The position numbers and the translations under genes were made by a program. The notes under the pieces are model-generated. The model was not told the DNA's origin. It saw only the letters and a program-made list of their open reading frames with translations, and did no database searches. From a virus (Duplodnaviria; Caudoviricetes), in IMG/VR virus record IMGVR_UViG_3300020045_008695, positions 1 through 37,960 of that record: a stretch of 37,960 nucleotides of DNA; one strand, given 5' to 3'. Positions 35,568 to 37,960 of the stretch are shown piece after piece. Position 1 is the first letter of the stretch. Each line of letters starts with the position of its first letter.

Positions 35568-35597
35568 ATTTTATCACACTAGACGACCTACGTACAA
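35568..35597 (-). promoter_or_regulatory. sigma70-like promoter for the primase/ligase operon (no TGTAAC box)
   Basis: TTGTAC-18 nt-TAAAAT with an extended TG. Confidence 0.55.
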
Positions 35598-35639
35598 TCA
35601 TTTTTTCGTATATAGGTCGTGTGCTGTAATAAATTTGAC

Positions 35640-35863
35640 TTATAATCCTATTTGGCGAATCAAAGGCTTCACACCCGTAATCTTAATCTCAGTCTTACTA
35701 AGTCTTTCCAATTGTGCAACCACAATACGAGTTTCGCGGTTTGTAATAGTGCATCGCGCGTAGCCCTCATTCACCATTTGCGGGTGGCAGCAATAATGGC
35801 GGACTCACGAGTATTACAATACCCGCGCCATGCGCCTGCATAGTCAGTTTCAAATTTTCTCAT
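35640..35863 (-). pseudogene. Small gene split by a 1-nt frameshift, or two coupled mini-ORFs (35771..35863 and 35640..35777)
   Basis: MRKFETDYAGAWRGYCNTRESAIIAATRK / MVNEGYARCTITNRETRIVVAQLERL...; one extra A at CGC AAA TGG would fuse them. Confidence 0.5.
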
Positions 35864-36018
35864 ACCGCATCCCACCGTTTGATAAAGTCTTCGAGCCATG
35901 CAGCATCTTCACTGTTACGCGGATCAATCTCATCTGCAGATATGTATTCATAGTCATGCTCTTTGCACCATGCTTCTAACTCAGCTGCAAATTCTTCGAG
36001 CTTAGGCCAATTATCCAT
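35860..36018 (-). CDS. Small acidic hypothetical protein (MDNWPKLEEF...)
   Basis: ATG 36018 with AAGGA SD; YISADE...WLEDFIKRWD. Confidence 0.7.
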   Translation of the reverse strand: MDNWPKLEEFAAELEAWCKEHDYEYISADEIDPRNSEDAAWLEDFIKRWDAV

Positions 36019-36277
36019 ACTTGTATCCTTGTAAAACAGGGAGTTGATGCACATGATTCGCATCTACTTCTTCTATCATCTTTGCGCGTAGTTCTCGCAA
36101 GTCATTATAGAGCATCTCATGACGCCGAGCTTTAGAACGCGCTTCGAGCTCTGTTACTTGCGCATCCACCATAACAACAAACTGATGCAAGATCTGAATA
36201 TCCAGCTCATCTTGTCTAGTGGGGACACGAACAGGAGCCACCCAATGTGGGAACAACTTGTGAAAGATGCCTCTCAT
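36011..36277 (-). CDS. Hypothetical protein
   Basis: ATGA coupling to the upstream gene. Confidence 0.65.
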   Translation of the reverse strand: MRGIFHKLFPHWVAPVRVPTRQDELDIQILHQFVVMVDAQVTELEARSKARRHEMLYNDLRELRAKMIEEVDANHVHQLPVLQGYKYG

Positions 36278-36495
36278 TCTTGAGGCTCTGTTTGTATTAC
36301 AGTACTAGGATCAATCACTTCAATATCTACTCGAAACGCTTCATTCTTTGTTTTAAGCTCGTACGTTGCTATTGTAGCATTATACTCCGTTTTGACGAGC
36401 CTCGCTCTACGCATTGCGGCGTGAAATGCCTCGAGCTCTGCTCCTGACATTTCAGTAACAAAATCCTCGTATCCAATTCGTAGCTTAATTAGCAT
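36274..36495 (-). CDS. Hypothetical early protein
   Basis: GGAG SD; first gene after the 36548 promoter. Confidence 0.7.
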   Translation of the reverse strand: MLIKLRIGYEDFVTEMSGAELEAFHAAMRRARLVKTEYNATIATYELKTKNEAFRVDIEVIDPSTVIQTEPQE

Positions 36496-36547
36496 CGTAG
36501 TTCTCCAAGTTGATAAAGTTCAAGCGTAATTTCACGCCTGAAATTAC

Positions 36548-36596
36548 ATTATACGAAAATAGACGCACGAAGGGAAATCATGTTACATTTGTTACG
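36548..36596 (-). promoter_or_regulatory. TGTAAC-box promoter
   Basis: GTAACAAATGTAACA-tgat-TTCCCT-17 nt-TATAAT. Confidence 0.85.
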
Positions 36597-36795
36597 TTAA
36601 ATCTCCTGCATATGGTACGTAAAGATCGCCAGGTTTTTAGATCTTTGTATTAGTTGTTAGTTTATGTTTACTTGCTGCGTGCGTGATTTATTTATTATAT
36701 ATAATATACGCGCGCGATGGGATACTGGTATCTAAAACAATTTGAAAGTTCTTTATTGTGCGTGCTAGGTGGGATGCACAGTGCACATTGTATGC

Positions 36796-36949
36796 TGCTC
36801 GTAGTACTAATAATTTGTGTAGAGTATGTTGCTCGTAGTGTACTGCATTTTGCTCGTAGCGTGCTGCTCGTGGGGCCGAACTGCGTAGCGCTCTGTGCGT
36901 TGCTCGTGGGGCCTAACTGTATAGCGCTTTGTGCGTTGCTCGTGGGGCC
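36796..36949. repeat. Iteron-like repeats (TGCTCGT x6; the last three in a 36-bp period) between AT-rich tracts; candidate replication origin
   Basis: TGCTCGT at 36796, 36830, 36851, 36865, 36901, 36937; AT-rich at ~36687-36708 and ~37007-37058. Confidence 0.7.
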
Positions 36950-37108
36950 AACAATCTGGCGATTTTACGGTATTTTAGGATCCTATTGTTTACCTGTTGC
37001 GTGCGTGTTTTATTTTTTATTAATATAATATTATATATACATGCATATATAAATATACGAAAGAGTCGACGACGTCGTGCGACAGTCGCGTCGACACGCG
37101 CACATTCG

Positions 37109-37183
37109 TCCTTTTCGCGATCAAAGTGTCGTTTTCGATTCGTTTAGATTTCCTTTTCGTGCTAAAAGTGTCGTTTTTCGATT
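37109..37183. repeat. Imperfect ~32-bp direct repeat, period 42
   Basis: tccttttcgcgatcaaagtgtcgttttcgatt / tccttttcgtgctaaaagtgtcgtttttcgatt. Confidence 0.8.
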
Positions 37184-37269
37184 TTACATATGTACATGTT
37201 GAAACCTTTCGTTGCGCCTAGTGGAGCAAAACCGGGTATTTCTCCCCCACCAGACCAGCGCAAATAGGC

Positions 37270-37299
37270 AAAAAAATGCGCCGGACTAATCCAGCGCAT
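37270..37299 (-). terminator. Intrinsic terminator after 37320..37628
   Basis: ATGCGCTGGA-TTAG-TCCGGCGCAT followed by a T run. Confidence 0.9.
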
Positions 37300-37319
37300 G
37301 CAGTTTTAAGCGCTATGCG

Positions 37320-37628
37320 TTAAGCGCTAAGCTCAATGTCCTCCAGGTTGAGCTCAATGCTCTTCCTACCGGCTCCAGTTTTGGGCAATTGGCCCTTCTT
37401 TCGCATGTCATTTTTGTACCATGCAATGCTCGCTGCAGAGGTCTGCACCTCAACGCCATGTGCTTTGAACTTTGCGACTACCTTCGCAGCGAGATCCTCG
37501 TTGCTCAATGCCATTTTGTTTTCTGCTGCGCGCCTGATCAATGCCCGGCTGTAGCTCCCCACAGTTACGAGGACCGTCTTGGTTTCCGTCAGGGTTTCAG
37601 TGTTCTCCATGCTTTGCGCTTCGCTCAT
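37320..37628 (-). CDS. HTH-like early protein, paralog of the junction gene
   Basis: ATG 37628 with GGAG SD; SNEDLAAKVVAKF...TSAASIAWYKNDMRKKGQL...KSIELNLEDIEL. Confidence 0.88.
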   Translation of the reverse strand: MSEAQSMENTETLTETKTVLVTVGSYSRALIRRAAENKMALSNEDLAAKVVAKFKAHGVEVQTSAASIAWYKNDMRKKGQLPKTGAGRKSIELNLEDIELSA

Positions 37629-37677
37629 GATACTATGCTCCAAGTTCTGCGCAGTAACATCACTGCACAGTAAATAC

Positions 37678-37727
37678 ATTATACATCGTTGGATTTTCGG
37701 AGGGAATCCTTGTTACATTTGTTACAT
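37678..37727 (-). promoter_or_regulatory. TGTAAC-box promoter
   Basis: TGTAACAAATGTAACA-agga-TTCCCT-17 nt-TATAAT. Confidence 0.85.
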
Positions 37728-37774
37728 TTGGTTTTCGGAGCCCGGATTGCATTTGCATATTGGTCGGGGTTGGT

Positions 37775-37807
37775 AAAAGAAGAGCAGAGCACTAAGTGCT
37801 CTGCTCT
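37775..37807 (-). terminator. Intrinsic terminator after the junction gene
   Basis: 12-bp stem AGAGCAGAGCAC/GTGCTCTGCTCT, then TCTTTT on the minus strand. Confidence 0.85.
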
Positions 37808-37810
37808 GTG

Positions 37811-37960
37811 TTACAACTCTACTTCATCCAGGTCAAGCGTGATGCTCTTGGCTTGTGCCTTGCCAATCAACTGACCCTTCTTGCGCATATCTGACTTGTA
37901 CCATGCGATACATGCTGCGCTCGTCTTCACTTCAACCTCGTGCTCTTTGAAGATCCCAAC
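37811..37960 (-). CDS. 3' half of the junction HTH-like gene (...GIFKEHEVEVKTSAACIAWYKSDMRKKGQLIGKAQAKSITLDLDEVEL)
   Basis: 49 codons plus TAA; aligns with the C-terminal half of 37320..37628. Confidence 0.9.
   Translation of the reverse strand, partial: VGIFKEHEVEVKTSAACIAWYKSDMRKKGQLIGKAQAKSITLDLDEVEL

Noticed and set aside
36717-37147. Plus-strand ORFs 36717..37028 and 36929..37147
   Set aside because: Low-complexity translations of repeats and AT tracts, lying against the local gene orientation.
1-37960. Genome-wide stop-codon reassignment
   Set aside because: Core genes are intact in code 11 and TAA, TGA and TAG all serve as real stops; only one internal TGA was seen.
1-37960. Lysogeny module, tRNA genes
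   Set aside because: I recognised no integrase, CI/Cro pair, parA or tRNA cloverleaf by eye; tRNAscan and HMM searches would be needed to be certain.

Overview
The window is an apparently complete, circularly permuted ~38 kb genome of a short-tailed (podovirus-like, P22/Bcep-type head-tail module) dsDNA phage. It was opened inside a small minus-strand gene whose two halves (1..102 and 37811..37960) join in frame. The plus strand (706-21802) carries the virion operon: terS, an inserted 504-aa putative ADP-ribosyltransferase-fold effector, terL, portal, scaffold, MCP, tail tube proteins, three ejection proteins, tail fibre, a holin-like gene and a LamG appendage cluster. The minus strand (21786-37960) carries early and replication genes: Toprim/VirE primase-helicase, ATP-dependent ligase, SSB-like protein, split PolA, Cas4-like nuclease, VRR-NUC, SNF2 helicase and a nucleotide-modification cluster. 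I recognised no integrase, RNA polymerase, tRNA or endolysin. Four observations stand out. (1) Five minus-strand sigma70-like promoters share a 9-bp-period TGTAAC tandem box just upstream of the -35, the same box forms a dense array at 204-335, and three paralogous HTH-like genes each have their own boxed promoter and terminator. (2) The thymidylate synthase homolog has the dCMP-specifying Asp (LGLPSD) and sits beside a dCMP deaminase, a MazG-like gene and an Nmad1 gene, suggesting a 5-methyl-dC pathway. (3) An ART-like protein lies between the terminase subunits. (4) A ~320-nt structured intergenic region precedes the polymerase. All family calls come from motif recognition by eye, not from database searches.
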